NCBI RefSeq assembly: GCF_006345805.1
Contig: NC_043021.1
Location: forward strand, 23,188,001 to 23,252,000
DNA length: 64,000 nt
Source: Octopus sinensis
Taxonomy: Eukaryota
Reading direction: 5' to 3'
In this document: in pieces, positions 1-15,357 of the stretch
Layout of the letters: each line of letters opens with the position of its first letter
Position numbering within the stretch: position 1 is the first letter of the stretch
The notes under the pieces: model-generated
Told to the model about the DNA's origin: nothing
Seen by the model: the letters and a program-made list of their open reading frames with translations, nothing else
The model's database searches: none
Program-made: the position numbers and the translations under genes

Positions 1-183
1 CATAAAATCACCCACTACACTCTTGGAGTGGTTGGCGTTAGGAAGGGCATCCAGCTGTAGAAACACTGCCAGATCTGACGGACTGGTGCAGCTTTCGGGC
101 TCCCCAGACCCAGTTGAACCGTCCAACCATGCTAGCATGGAAAGCGGACGTTAAATGATGATGATGATGATGATGATGATGAT
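1..183 (+). mobile_element. 3' part of a SINE (RTE-type tail) ending in (GAT)n
   Basis: GGTTGGCGTTAGGAAGGGCATCCAGCTGTAGAAAC...GGACGTTAAA followed by a (TGA)n tail; truncated by the window start. Confidence 0.6.
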
Positions 184-839
184 TCTTATATTATTATTAT
201 TATTATTATTATTGCTGCTGCTGTTGTTGGTGGTGTCGGTGGTGGTGTTGTCAATATAACTTCTTCTCCTCATAATTTTATTATTAAGTCGAATGAATGG
301 AATCTAGGAATACGTGAAACAATGAACGTTCCAATGGTTAACTAACTAAAGCAAAAGAATCGGCACAAAAAAAATAAAGAAAATAATGGATATAAATAGG
401 TATTCTGGAAAAACGAAAAGCGAAAAAGCAAAAAAAAAAAATAAATAACAAAACAAAACAAACGAAGAAGAAAATATCATAAGTCTTAGGAAAGAAGCTT
501 CCTGCAGAATCAGTGCTATTGAAAAGATGGTAAAAGCCGAGAATTACGGAAATTATATATACTGTGGAACTCCAACGTGTCTTCTTCTACGTTGGTCTTC
601 CTGAATTAAAAACAGAAAGAATTAAAGAGAAGAAGATAATACCGATAAAATATGAGGCACCTGCTAACACAATACAATGCCAAAAGGAGAGGAAAAAAAA
701 GAAAGAGAAGAAGAAGGAAAAGGAACCGTTGGGAAATGTTAGTATAATCTTCATTGTGAAACTGTTCTTAATAAACCAGGACAGGTAGATTAGAGGTATC
801 GTAATGTAATACTGCGGTAATGGAGTCGAAGCATGAACT

Positions 840-1158
840 AGTTATGATGTAGATGTTGTTGTTGCTGTTGATGATGATGTTGATGCTTGGTGTCGAGGCT
901 GTGGTTGTTGTGGTGGTTGTTGTTGCTGGTGGTAGTGTTTGTTGTTGCTGCTTTTTTTTTTAAAACTCTTCTGCTTTCTTTCCTGCTACCTCTTCACCTT
1001 CTTCACCTTCTTCACCTTCTTCACCTTCTTCTTCTTCCTCTTCTTCGTCTTCTTCTTCTACTTCTTCTTCTTCTTCTTCTTCTCCTTATTCATCATCATC
1101 ATCATCATCATCATCATCTTCTTCTTCCTCTCCTTATTCATCATCATCATCATCATCA

Positions 1159-1209
<51 letters not shown>

Positions 1210-1357
1210 TTCTTCTTCTTCTTCTTCTTCTTCTTCTTCTTTCTTCTTTTTCTTCTTGCGCGCCTCCGCCTCGTCCACATCATGATCATCATCGTCGTCA
1301 TCATCATGATCAGGATCATAATCATGATCATGATCATGATCATCATCACAATCATCA
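840..1357. repeat. Compound trinucleotide microsatellite (GTT/CTT/CAT/GAT)n
   Basis: Directly visible; explains the poly-L/H/S/M ORFs. Confidence 0.95.
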
Positions 1358-1869
1358 GCTTCTCTGCCCCCGTATTTACTTTAAGAATTGGATCGGCCAG
1401 TCAACAGCGTTCCTGCCATGAGCATCCACAATTTTAATGTCCTCTTTCTAAATTACAGTAATTTATATATTTGAGGGTGATCTGCTTTCCGTTTCTAAGA
1501 GTTCGTGCTACCGCGTAGAATTTAAATGATGAACATTTTCATCACCGAACAGATGCTTCAAGAGCTACCTACACCTTCGTAGGTGACAGGTGTTTCTCGT
1601 TAACTCATATGCTGAATATCATATCAAGTAGCTTTCTACAACAATAATAACATTGCGGACAAGCGTTGTAACAACGTGTTATCACATCAAACAATCGTTG
1701 GTGATTTTCTACTACATCCGAAGAAAGATATCTTTATAACCGCTTAGGCGCTAGCCCTCCTCTCCATGGGTCCTTTTCTGGGTAGTCGTTGGTGGTGAGG
1801 TTTTTACGATGTCACAGTATAAACCGTAACTCATATAAACGAAAGGTTGTATTCTTTGGTAAGCCGGTT

Positions 1870-1986
1870 CTCACGCAGCACTAGTAGAGCGGGAAAGGAA
1901 GTAATTTGCTGAAGAACGCCGGTTGCGGAATCGAACCAACGGTCTGGCGATCGTGAGTGCAACACTCTAACCACTGGGCCACGTGC
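1870..1986 (-). mobile_element. Degenerate tRNA-derived SINE head
   Basis: Minus strand reads TGGCCCAGTGGTTAG (A box) ... GGTTCGATTCC (B box). Confidence 0.55.
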
Positions 1987-3847
1987 TATCGCAATGGCTT
2001 GCATTACATTATCTTCATCATTTTTCTTTTAGTTGTATCATTCATGTTTAATCAACCTGCTGTGTGTTTTTTGATACTTTTTAAATATGTGTACCAGTAC
2101 TACAGAGTCACGTACCTTTTTACCTTTGAAAGAAGGGCTTAGAAAAAAGTGGGAGACGGGTGGACAACAATATTTTGGTCGTGGTTTATATATCGGTCCC
2201 AGAGAATGAAGAATTTCACATTAAAATTGCGACTAGTTTGCGAGGGTGGCTAAGAAACTTAGCCGTGTCATGGTACCACGGAAGAACGATCCCATTAGGG
2301 TCGCCTTGGGGGCCAGTTTGACTCATCGTTAGAAATACACTTAGATACTGGAAAAATATCTCTTTTTTCTCTCATCAAACGATAATTATTGTCTGAATAG
2401 TTTATTCCAGCATTCTATGTGTAAAGATTTTAATTCTGAGACTCATTATAAGCCGTCTTGTTAAGCTCTTCACATATGGAGTTATTGCATCCACTGTTGA
2501 TGAAACTGGTATTCTTATCTATGCATCTTGGGTTAACTAAACTTCTCTTGTGTTGTGATGAATTATACTGGGTGATACTTTGAGTGGCTTGAAAGTGCTT
2601 CTGATAAAATCCCAAAGCTGCGAATTTTCTCTTTCACATCTTGAGGTTTATGGGATGTAGCAAATCTGCGCAAGGTACGCGGAGTGATGAACGAAATCAA
2701 CCGTTCCTTCAAATGCTTTAGTCGCTTGTGTTTACTCCTTCATCCTAAGCCAGATATACTGTGAGTAAAAATGACAAATGCGTTTAATGAAGGGCTGTCA
2801 TACATCCCGTAGAAAACCCTCGTTGGCCAATGATGTCACGATTTATGTTGTATACAGGATGCGAATATACCCGAGACAGTCATCTCCCTTTTCATGTTTA
2901 TAAAATCCATTTATTTCTTTTTTCTCAATAATCTACCCTTGAGTTTTAATAGCATGCATTGTAGAGAAGAACACTGCTCGCGTTAATAATACTCCTAAAC
3001 ACAACGGTATATTACTAATAATAATATTAATCTGGATAGAACTTAGATTGGCCCCGAAAATTTGTCGAAACTAAAATCACAATCCATTAAATACGACTTC
3101 AACGACGCACGAAATCGGCAAAAAACATATCTGCGTCTCTCACTGTCATTCCAGGAGCAATTTCTTTTCGCCTAACTCTAAATCATATAGTGCTTTTTAT
3201 ATAATACCACTATAAAAGGATTTTCCCAGACGAAACCATAGGCTTGTTCCTTTTCAAATTACACGCGTACCTTATGTTGCATCGAAAACTGTTTTTTTTT
3301 TCTCTTTTTGAATTATAGCAATATTTCTGTTCCATAAGTGGACTTCTAATCTGCCCTGCGTCTCCTTTGCAAAGCACTGTATTCTTTATAAACTGTGTCT
3401 AAATACTGGAGACTGGCTGGTTCATTCTCGTTATGGAATTGACAAAAGTACATGTCACTGACAAGCTGAAGGAACGTTGAGACACGTATCTGTCGATTTG
3501 GAGCTCACTTCTTCGGCGATTACTCTTCACATATTTCTGAAGTATATTGTGATTTTCTTATATAATCTGTCTATAAAAAGATTTTTTACGGAACCAAAAC
3601 TGAAGCTTCTGGCTTTCAGCTACGCACAAATGTTAAATACCTTATATTGATAACATTTATATGGACGTACATGCATACATACATACATATGCATATACAT
3701 ACAGACACACACACGCACACTAACACACTCACACACACACACTCACTCATATATATATATATACATATGTATGTATATATATATATATACATATGCATGT
3801 ATGCACATTATATTGATACATTATATGGACGTACATGCATACATAAC

Positions 3848-3925
<78 letters not shown>

Positions 3926-4429
3926 CATATATATATATATACTTCAAAGTATATACATACGTATATATATGTAGATGTTCATATACGTATATGCATACAC
4001 ACACACACACACACATATATTATATTTAATATATATGTATATATACATACATATGTATTGATGTATTTACATGTATATCTGTGAAAATGATTGTTTGTGT
4101 ATATATTCATATGCGTGGTGAGTGTATATGTTTCCACACGATGAATAATAATGACACAGTATCTCAGAATTGAATGGTAAAGAAGGAAATACAATCAATG
4201 AAGCAACAGAGATGGCAGAATGTGAAGGAATAAATCTAACATTGAGAGATATTAGATTTCAAACAGTGTCCGTTGTGAGAATGGAGAAGGAAAATTATAT
4301 GAAAGTATTGGAGGGGGGTGTCATCCGTCCTGTTTTATCCTTTCATTTTGTGTTTTGTTCCCTGCGTTCAGAAGTTATGTGTGTGTGTATGTATGCAGGT
4401 ACATACGCATGTGTGTCTCTGTATGAGTG

Positions 4430-4498
<69 letters not shown>

Positions 4499-4503
4499 TG
4501 TGT

Positions 4504-4541
<38 letters not shown>

Positions 4542-4834
4542 ATATAGATGCAGGATAAAATAGAATGTAAATCAAGGATCATACACACAGATACACACAC
4601 AGATCCACGCGCGCACACATTTATTGAGAGATAGATAGACAGAGAGAGAGAGAGAGAGAGTGGCAGAGATGTTTATATATATATATACGCACACATACAT
4701 ATGCATGATATGTATGCATATATATGTATGTTTATATATATGTGTATATATATATATATATACGCTCATATACATATACATACATATATACATATTATAT
4801 ATAATATATATATATGCATACATAACATACATAT

Positions 4835-4905
<71 letters not shown>

Positions 4906-5181
4906 CATAATATATATATATATGTTATTGATGTTATAGAATAGGAGTGGAAGGAGAATGGGTGAGCAAGCAAGCAGCGAAATATGGAAGAGAAGTAGAG
5001 GTATGGCCATTTCACCTCAGAAGACCTCTGACAAGATACGTCCTCGGTTGAAAATACCTTTACTATTATTTTATTTTTTACCGAACCTTGTTGACGAGGC
5101 CAATCTCATGGTTCATTTGAATATTACAACAGTTCATGTATTTCAGTGTGGGAATTGGCGTATATAATCTCAAAGAATATA

Positions 5182-5917
5182 TACGAAGTACGTTCAAAAA
5201 CTATCTGACATTATTTTCTTCGCAAAACTAATACCGTGTTGCCGAAAATATTTCATGTTGGAGGTGGAGACATACTTCATGTTCATCGGTAGAAATATTT
5301 CATCAAGTTTTGCTAAAAGATTGGTCATCTTCATACTTAAACCATTCAGAAGATTTCCTTTTGCAATGATGCCATGGGCAAGACTCAAAACATGGCCGGA
5401 CCTCTGTGGGTAGCGAGGCACGCTCAGGCAGACCATACGTAAACCAAACGAAAAAGTGGCTGAGAAGTTTCGGCGGATAATCATGGGAAGACTCCCGTGG
5501 AACAATCCAGGGAAATGCCCGCAAAGTGCGGATCGGTACAAGATAGGGGTATTCTATTTTAACGGATGATTTGTGCATTCAGAGAGCCTCAGCTGAACAG
5601 CAAAACAACTTCATATGGAAATCACTCAGGGCACGACGGACTGCGCAAACCCTGACCCAGACATTAGTTGTGTGACTTGGTTTTAAGGTCTCTGCAAGAT
5701 GTATTCATCATCTTGTTTAGAGACGAAAATCCGACGAGCGCGCACTACACGTATGTTTCCAAAGGTAACAGCCGTGAACCGAGATAGTCGACGGGCGCGA
5801 AGGTTTTCAAGTATGGGCAGGAAGGTTCCCGTCACGCCCCATGTAAAGCATTTTACTACGCGGCATCCGATTTGGCAGGAGAAAGTGCAGCCGTTTACTT
5901 TTTGAACGCACATCGTA
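5182..5917 (+). mobile_element. Internally deleted mariner-family DNA transposon
   Basis: TIRs TACGAAGTACGTTCAAAAA (5182) and TTTTTGAACGCACATCGTA (to 5917), TA ends; ~5380-5490 encodes an RLKHGRTSVGSEARSGRP-like mariner HTH remnant. Confidence 0.75.
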
Positions 5918-6565
5918 TTTACGTTTCCGCGATAAAAAAAATCAATCTAAAATATAAAGACGCAGGTATATACAGGTGGAAAAGCAATATAGTTTTTGTA
6001 CAAGTAATAATTTCTGTGAGAATATCAATTTGCATCAATAAGACGGCGAAGAAAAGTTTTTATATCGTGTTGATCTATGTTACCATATCTTATAATATTT
6101 AGAAATAAGAAAAGTATTATTTAACATGAGATACACTAAAGACGAAGTCGCCCGAAAGCAAAGCGTGGGTTTAATGACCTGACACAATGGTTTATACATA
6201 TGTATATACACAACTTTACACGAACATACATACACACACATATACAATCAGGCGAGCACGCAGACACACAAAGAAGCGTGTTTATAAATATAGATGAATA
6301 TAAATCTGTGAAAAAGAAAGTAATTTTATTTCTGCTAAGTCATGAACTTCGCTGATTCACTGTTAAGCCAAAGGAGAAGTTTTGTGTTCCATTTAATTTT
6401 ACGTTTTCTTCTTTTAAATATTATAAATGCATTTCGTTACGTAGGAAATAAGCTTCTATTTTACCGTGTTTTTCTTGTATATGAGACATCATTCATAACA
6501 ATATATGTACATGTGTATATATACATTTTGTGTGTGTATATTTATATACATTTTGTATATATATA

Positions 6566-6958
6566 GGTGTAGGAGTGGCTGTGTGGTAGGTAGCTTCCTT
6601 ACCAACCACATCGTCCCGGGTTCAGTCCTACTGCGTGGCACCTTGGGCAAGGGTCTTCTACTATAGCCTCGGGCCGACCAAAGCCTTGTGAGTGGATTTG
6701 ATAGACGGAAACTGAAAGGAGCCCGTCGTATATATGTATGTGTATGTTTGTGTGTCTGCGTTTGTCCTCCCAACATCGCTTGACAACCGATGCTGGTGTG
6801 TTTACGTCCCCGTAACTTAGCGGTTCGGCACAAGAGACCGGTTGAATAAGTACTGGGCTTACAAAGAATAAGTCCTGGGATCGATTTGCTCGACTAAAAG
6901 GCGGTGCTCCAGCATGGCCGCAGTCAAGTGACTGAAACAAGTAAAGAGAGTAAAGAGA
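6566..6958 (+). mobile_element. Full-length tRNA-derived CORE-type SINE (octopus OR-like family A)
   Basis: A box TGGCTGTGTGG, B box GGTTCAGTCC, ACCTTGGGCAAG core motif, internal microsatellite, tail GGCGGTGCTCCAGCATGGCC...GACTGAAAC; many copies in the window. Confidence 0.85.
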
Positions 6959-7269
6959 AAGATTAACGTGTGTGTGTATATATATTTCGTTATACACACG
7001 TGTGTATAACTTCATATATACACACGTGTGTGTATATATATATAGTTCGTTGTATCGCCCAGACAATAAGATGTTACAGATTTCTGGTCAGAATGCGCAT
7101 CGTCGCATTTTCATAGTTTTCAAATGTACAGTATGGTCCGTTTTCAACTTCCTCAAATGAGTGAAGTGGCTAAATTTATTTCATAGTGTGAGAAGAATAG
7201 CGATTTCAAATTTTCAGTGCAGGTCCTCCCGTTTTAGAGGCGTATTTACTTGACTACAACGGCCATAGT

Positions 7270-7935
7270 TCTTGAATACGACTTCTTTAAACCATTCCGA
7301 AAGGACGAAACAGAAAGTCGAACTCGGAATTAGTTGAACTCAGAACGTAAAATGTCCGAATGACGCTAAGCTTTTTTTTTCCAACGCACGAAGAGTTCTT
7401 CTACACTCCTCGTTCTGGAAGCAATAATAATCCTTTCTACTATAGGCACAAGTCCTGAAATTTCGTGGGAAGCGGGCAAGTCGATTACATTGACCCCCAT
7501 AACTCAAATGGTACTTAATTTATCGACCTAGAAACGATGAAAGGCAAAGTCAACCTCGGCAGAATTTGGACTCAAAATGTAGCGGCAGACGAAATAGCGC
7601 TAAGCATTTCACCCGGCGTGCTAACGATTCTGCCAGCTCACCACCTAGAACTAACAATAACATTAATTTCTACTCTAGACCCAATGCCTTGGGGAATGGG
7701 GCTGGTCGATTACATCGACCCCATCGCGTAACTGGTACTTATTTAATCGACCCCGAAAGGATGAAGGCAAAGTCAGAACGTAGCTGCACACGAAAAAACC
7801 ACTAAGCATTTCGCCCGGCTTGCTTACGTTTCTGCCACCTCGCCGCCTTAGAACTAAGCATAATAATCCTTTCTACTGTGAGCACAGGGCCTGAAATTTG
7901 AGGGGAGGGGACAGTCGATTACAACGACCCCAGTA
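7270..7935 (-). mobile_element. Cluster of Meta-domain SINE copies and fragments (family B)
   Basis: Repeated GGTACTTA(A)TTTA(A)TCGACCCCGAAAGGATGAA(A)GGCAAAGTC, the reverse complement of the Meta-like domain, plus tRNA-like heads. Confidence 0.75.
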
Positions 7936-8628
7936 AGCGCGTGTGTGTATTGAAGCATATGTGCATGAAGGAGTTAGAACTTTTGAATGTATGTTTGTAT
8001 ATATATATGCATACACCCATATATTTGCATGTATAGATATATAAAATTGATCATACAGCAAAATTGTACATGACAGAAAAAGCATAAATATTACATGTAA
8101 TGTTTAAAGCAGCCAGACTGGAATTCAGTGAGCGATCTTTGAGAATGCTGAGGATAGATGTTCGATATTACCTGTCATTCAATATTTATCAATATTCCAC
8201 GAGAAAATAACACAGGTATAATGTTTCTACATTCACACTACGACCATATCACACAGACACACTTATACAAATATATGTACATATACATATACACATATAT
8301 ATGTATATATACAAATATATAAATACACATGTTTATATCTATATATGCATTACAAAGACATATGCATATACGTATTTTATATATCATAATTTACATTCGC
8401 AGATAAACAATATACGAGTATAGGGGATATTGGTGGGCTTTACTGTGGCCTGTCTATTTGTTGCGTTGTCTTACATTATACAATAAATATTCTTTATTAA
8501 TATATTTTTACGTTCCGATCTTTGGAAAATATGCATCTCTCAATACATTAATAAACAAAATCCTGTACATCAATATACATTTTAAACGTAGGTGTATAAG
8601 TAAATATAAAAATATGCATACACAACAC

Positions 8629-8681
<53 letters not shown>

Positions 8682-8798
8682 TATGTAAGTATGTGTGTGT
8701 CTGTGTGTGCTTATATTTATTGATATATATATCCATTGACATATATATGTATATATTGATTGATTGATTGATTGATTGATATGTACATATATGCATGC

Positions 8799-8847
<49 letters not shown>

Positions 8848-9489
8848 TATAATATATATACATACATACGTACAATATATATATATACATATACATACAT
8901 ATAATATATATGTGTTATATATATATATATATATTATATATAATATTATATATATATATTATATATATTATATATATATACATATATGCATGCGGAATCA
9001 GGTTTTCATGCAGTAAATAGCGAAGCACAAACTCAAAAAAAGCATACGCGCATTCTCAAGCTGAAGAACATACACATATATATATTCAACACCCAAACCA
9101 TCATACTCACATACACAGCCACGCAAACAAACACACTGATATATCTGGCAGTGTGTCTTTGTAAAGCTGTGTTGCCTGTGTGGTGCATGAAGACTTCCTG
9201 CCAAAGAATCGATACCATATCATTATTGAAGCATTTTGAAAAATGGTGCCTTCTCTTTGTTTATTGTTGTTTGACGTTATTGCTAGTTTATCTTAATTAA
9301 ATTATTTGCCAAACTGTTTCAAATATCTGGAGGCTAGCATCAAAGATATTCTCTTCTTTTGTTTCTAAAATGACAACTCTATTGATTTCCATAATTATTG
9401 TGTTTGCATTTTGTTCTCTTAGTCTTTTTGTTTTTGCTGGCAATTTACTTTTTGCCGTGTATATCAATACACATAGCTATATATTTTGC

Positions 9490-9570
<81 letters not shown>

Positions 9571-9731
9571 ATGTATACACATATATATATATAATGTGTG
9601 TGTATATGAATATGTATTTATACACATTTTATATACACATATATATACATATATATACACACATTTATATAAACATATATGCATACATTAATATATACAC
9701 ATATATACACACATCTATATATATACATATA

Positions 9732-9782
<51 letters not shown>

Positions 9783-10062
9783 TAGATAGATATATGTGTA
9801 TGACGTATATATATATATATAAATATATGCATATATATATATATACTATACATACATGCAGAAACATATTAGTATATATATACTGAAACGCGCATATACA
9901 TGCTTAACACACACACATGCCTTTATTCTTCTAGATATCTTCATGTACGCTTATATGTATGTTCATACGTATATAAACACACGCGCAAATACATACACAG
10001 ACAGACACATATAGAGTGCCACTCATATATGCACGTGCAACTACACATATATACACAAATAT

Positions 10063-10099
<37 letters not shown>

Positions 10100-10232
10100 C
10101 ATATACAAATACATTAAATCTGAAATTACTTGCAAGCATGCCTCAGGTTTACTCTTCAGAGTTTTTCAAAGTACTATTTAATGCGTATTCCGCAAAATTC
10201 AAAAGTTACATAAAAATATTTTATATATGTAA

Positions 10233-10285
<53 letters not shown>

Positions 10286-10439
10286 ACTTATAGATATACT
10301 ACATGTACATACACACGTATATATGCATGTATAGGCGCACAAAGTCCCACATATTTATATATGTATATACACTTCATATGAGAAAAATTCCCGTACGTAC
10401 AATATATATATATATGTGCGTGTGTGTGTGTATAGATAC

Positions 10440-10470
<31 letters not shown>

Positions 10471-10496
10471 CATTCGTATATGTACACAGACACAAA

Positions 10497-10555
<59 letters not shown>

Positions 10556-11054
10556 GATTATATATGCATGCAGGAAAGGCAATGCAGTTGTTTTCATGCG
10601 TGATATGCTCGTGCTTCCCCATGGTATTCATAAGTCACTTGGAATGAAATAAAAGAAAACATTGGAAGGAATGAAATATTGGTAAATATTCTCTGCAGCA
10701 GAGAGAGAGAGAGAAAAAAACACACACACACTAAAATAAAGAAGCAAAACAAAAACAAGAAAGAAACAGCAGAGCACAAAAAAACACAAACATAAACACT
10801 CACAAAAGACAAAAAGAACAGGATGTAATTGTTAAATAAGCGCGCGAGGTAACATAAAACATTTTAAGGAAACGTATTAAACGAAAGAAAAATATAATTA
10901 GCAATCGATACAATTTTATATGCATGTCGTAACACATATTACCATATATAATATTATATTAGTTTGTTATATATTCAATTATATCTACATTACTTTCGTT
11001 CCATATAAATACATGCACTGTTATATATATATATGCATATATATACATATACAT

Positions 11055-11123
<69 letters not shown>

Positions 11124-12225
11124 TATATATATATATATATGTGTGTATATAGATATATATCTACATATAAATAATATATTTATACATATGTATATATATA
11201 TATACATACATATACATATATATGTATATATATGCATATATATATATATATATATAAATATATACATATATATATACATCTTTATGTGTATATATATATA
11301 CCTATATATATACATATGTATATATATATATGTGTGTATAGACATACATATATACATATACTCACTTGGTTATATACCCGCAAATTCCTAAAGAGATACT
11401 GATATGTTTTTACTCACATAACAACACATAGATATAATCACAAACTCCCAAAAATGTAAATGAATCTTCGTCCGTTTCCACGAGCACCTGGGTAGTCTAG
11501 TCAACCCCTGCAGCCGGGCAGCAGACTGGCTGCAGAAAAAAATCAGACAGACTCTTCTTCTGCATTTGCTTTTACTCAGAACTAATTGAGCTTATGTCAC
11601 TACATTTCACGCATTGTTTTTCCTCCTCCGACTCCGCTTGTTATGTATCTGCCTTTAGCTTTCGCACCATTCACTACGCACGCGTCTTGTCGAAGTCTCA
11701 GCCCTCTGGAACTTTCTCGATGCTCCTGTCTTTTTGCAAAATTTGACCCGTTAAAGGTTCAAGTGGAAACTCAACTGCATGCAGTCAATCCAGTCCAGAA
11801 TGAGTAGCGAAGGCAATGGGCCCAAAATCAATGCCCCTTTCTTCCCGACACATACACCTTTGAAGCAATTTTCAGACCCAAACAGCGCTACTCCATTTCA
11901 CAGCACTGCACCACCGATAGCCAGTCAGAATAGAGATAGAAAGTTTAAAATAAACATATATCTTGACGTTTACTTTATTTATCGATCCTGAATTCATAAA
12001 AAAGACAAAATTGGCTTTGGCAATTTGAACTCAGTGAGTAAAGAATCGAAACATGAATAACAAAGCATTCTCTCCTGCAGCCAATTCGTCCAACTTCTCG
12101 ATGAATTACGTCATAATTAGCGACGGGATTATGGCAGAGCAGTGATTGCTAATTGAATCTTTTTTCCCCTTTCCCTTCCCTTTGTATTGTCCTTTTGTAA
12201 TGCATGATCATTCTTTTATATATGA

Positions 12226-12513
12226 CTAGCAGTATCGCCCGGCGTTGCTCGGGTTTGTAAGGGAAATAACTATATAAGCATTTATAGAGAGTTACTTCCC
12301 TTATATAATAGCAAGAAAATGCATTAAAAATGGGAAAACATGATGGTAATTTTTTTTTTAATCGTGGACGCGCGCTAATACCCAGAAGGGCTCGATATGA
12401 ATCACGACTATAAGATACCCGCTTTTGGTTAAAACTGCACCGCAAAATGTGGGAGTAGTTAGGAATCTAAATCGTAGGAGACAGACACACAACTTCACTT
12501 TTATATATAAAGA
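12226..12513 (-). mobile_element. Non-autonomous Helitron
   Basis: Minus strand starts TC and ends CCCGAGCAACGCCGGG hairpin + CGATACTG-CTAG; inserted between A and T; no TSD. Confidence 0.8.
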
Positions 12514-13535
12514 TGTATTTTATTGTAATTACATATCGAACATCTCACCCCAAGTCAGGTTGTGTTGTCCCCATCTTTTTCAGCCCATAGTGGGAAACAA
12601 AGAAATATTTCACTTCCCTTGACTATCCAGTTGACGTGAAAATCAAATCCTTATTGATATTATGTAATTTAATGATTGATTCTTCAAATTCATATATTTG
12701 TCTTGTTGAATTGTAATTGTTACTTGAACAATACCAAGCAAAATCCGAAAATTCTTCAGCAGTTTATTAGCACACCTGATGATGAAATTAGTTTTACCTA
12801 TATTCATCTTTTGCTTTTATCTGATATGCGTGAATATGATCCCATAGTGATTTGTGTTCCGACAAAAAAATACCACCGATGTCTGCCCCGAAGACAAACC
12901 AATTTTCGTCTTAGATGACAAAAAAATATTTCAAATGCGATTCATTTGTTGAAAAACATAGGTTGGTTAAACTTGCAATCTTTTCCAGATATTCCAAACA
13001 GAGAAGGTATTCGTGAAACAAAATATATTCCTGACAAAAAAAAAAATTGATATAGATGATATTTCTGAACTAGACCTGCCTAAAGCTACAAAACCAAACA
13101 AATAGAGACCAGAAAGAACGAAGCCTATGTGCCTCACCCGCCGCCAAACTCGATTACCGAGTCCACAAAGGAGGTGAGATTTAAAATATTTTTAAAATAC
13201 AACTTATACAAATGTACAACACACACACACACACAGACACACGCACACTACAGTACAATTACATCTCCCTATATATAATATGTTGGAATATCAAGTTGGA
13301 TATAAAAACATTGTGTATTGATAAAACATTGTGTATTGCACGAAGATAAGATATGAATAATTTCGAGTTAAATAAAATTTCGACTTGAAGAGAAAAAACT
13401 ACACACAATATTTTTGTAAGAAATATGATTTAAAAAATTACAGAGAGGAGTAAAGACAAGCGGTTTAGGCAGAGGAGATAAGCTAGTTAAAAGAAATATG
13501 TAAATATAAATATCTGTATAAATATATATATATAT

Positions 13536-13676
<141 letters not shown>

Positions 13677-13692
13677 TAGATATAGATATATA

Positions 13693-14158
13693 TACACATC
13701 ACCAAAGTGTCGGAGGGTGCAAAGTGGTAACGGCTTTGCAAGAAATGAGTCAAACCGATTCATTAACCACAAGACCACTATCTGAAGGAGCTGACAACAG
13801 AGGCAAAGCTGGCTATGGTCGCATACAGAGCCATATCACCAGTGGTTTCAAATTTTGATGGAGAGCCTCTTAATTCTTATGGGTAGCTCTTACGTCACCT
13901 AGAGTTAAGCTCAAGTCACCTCGTCAACTTATAAGAAAGAATGTTGAAAACGTGCTGATACAAAAGCGATGAAAGCGAAAACTATAAATAATATGGGTGT
14001 CTTATTAGTCATTGATGAGAATTAAGATGCTTTGCATCAAATTTCGAAGTTACCGGTGATTTGTCAAATAGTGCTCTTGTGGCCAATGTGTCAGCTTGAC
14101 TCTTATTTCTAGCAATGCAGTTACCACTTCGTACCCTCTGCTACTTTAGTGGCGTCTA
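13693..14158. mobile_element. MITE-like element with ~95-bp imperfect terminal inverted repeats
   Basis: 13693-13790 (TACACATCACCAAAGTGTCGGAGGGTGCAAAGTGGTAAC...) matches the reverse complement of 14060-14158. Confidence 0.7.
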
Positions 14159-14202
14159 AAATTTCTCGTTAGATTGTTAAATTAATACCAAGCCACCCAT
14201 AT

Positions 14203-14272
<70 letters not shown>

Positions 14273-14690
14273 GTATCCGTGTACGTGTGCCTTTGTTCCT
14301 ATGTCTAGCGTTTGTGTCTGTGTGTGAGTGGGTGAGTGCGATTATGCCTGCGTGTATAACCATATAGACAAATTACCGGTGATTTGTCAGATAGTGTTCT
14401 TGTGGCCAATGTGTCAGCTTGACTCTTATTTCTAGCAATGCAGTTACCACTTCGTACCCTCTGCTACTTTAGTGGCGTCTAAAATTTCTCGTTAGATTGT
14501 TAAATTAGTATCAAGCCACCCATATATATATATGCATATATATATATATATATAATATATATTATATATATATATATATTATATATTGTATGTATCCGTG
14601 TATGTGTGCGTTTGTCCTATGTGTAGTGTGTGTGTTTGTGTGTGTGAGTGGGTGAGTGCGATTATACCTGCGTGTATAACCATATAGACA
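14050..14690 (+). repeat. Tandem duplication of ~320 bp (right TIR plus flank)
   Basis: TTACCGGTGATTTGTCA...CATATAGACA occurs at ~14050-14370 and ~14373-14690. Confidence 0.9.
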
Positions 14691-14913
14691 TCAAAATAAG
14701 TTGGTCTTTGTTGGTATTTAGTAAAATCGATAAGTAGAGTGCAGTAAATGCAAAAATTCTTCTGTGTCCCATTAGTTTTTCTCCGTTTAACTTTTCCCTG
14801 AAGAAGGATTCTGTTCGTAACCTTTCGATGAGCCATTCTCAAAGGCACGTTCACTGTACTCATTTTATCGCTACTGCAACTACTACCACTAACACTGTAT
14901 ATATGTGTGTGTT

Positions 14914-14966
<53 letters not shown>

Positions 14967-15130
14967 GTATATATGTATGTATATATATTATGCATTTACA
15001 CATGCACACATATAAAACTGTATAAATATTTAAATTTATGAATATGTAAGTTTATTCACACACACAAAAACACACACACATCTATATACACACACACATC
15101 CATATATACACACACATCTGTATATATATA

Positions 15131-15357
15131 TTTCTTTATTGCCCACAAGGGGCTAAACATAGAGGAGACAAACAAGGACATACAAAGGGATTAAGTCAAT
15201 TACATCGACCCCAGTGCGTAAGTGGTACTTTATTTATCGACCCCGAAAGGATGAATGGCAAAGTCGACCTCGGCGGAATTTGAACTCAGAACGTAACGGC
15301 AGACGAAATACGTCTAAGCATTTCACCCGACGCTCTAACGTTTCTGCCAGCTCGCCA
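15131..15357 (-). mobile_element. Meta-domain SINE (family B)
   Basis: Full copy matching 61233-61458 and the reverse complement of 63311-63543. Confidence 0.85.

Noticed and set aside
2430-2760. Terminal coding exon on the minus strand
   Set aside because: All three frames stop shortly after the candidate acceptor; no recognisable homology
9140-9460. Decayed transposase-like reading frame on the minus strand
   Set aside because: Multiple stops and no motif I can assign with confidence
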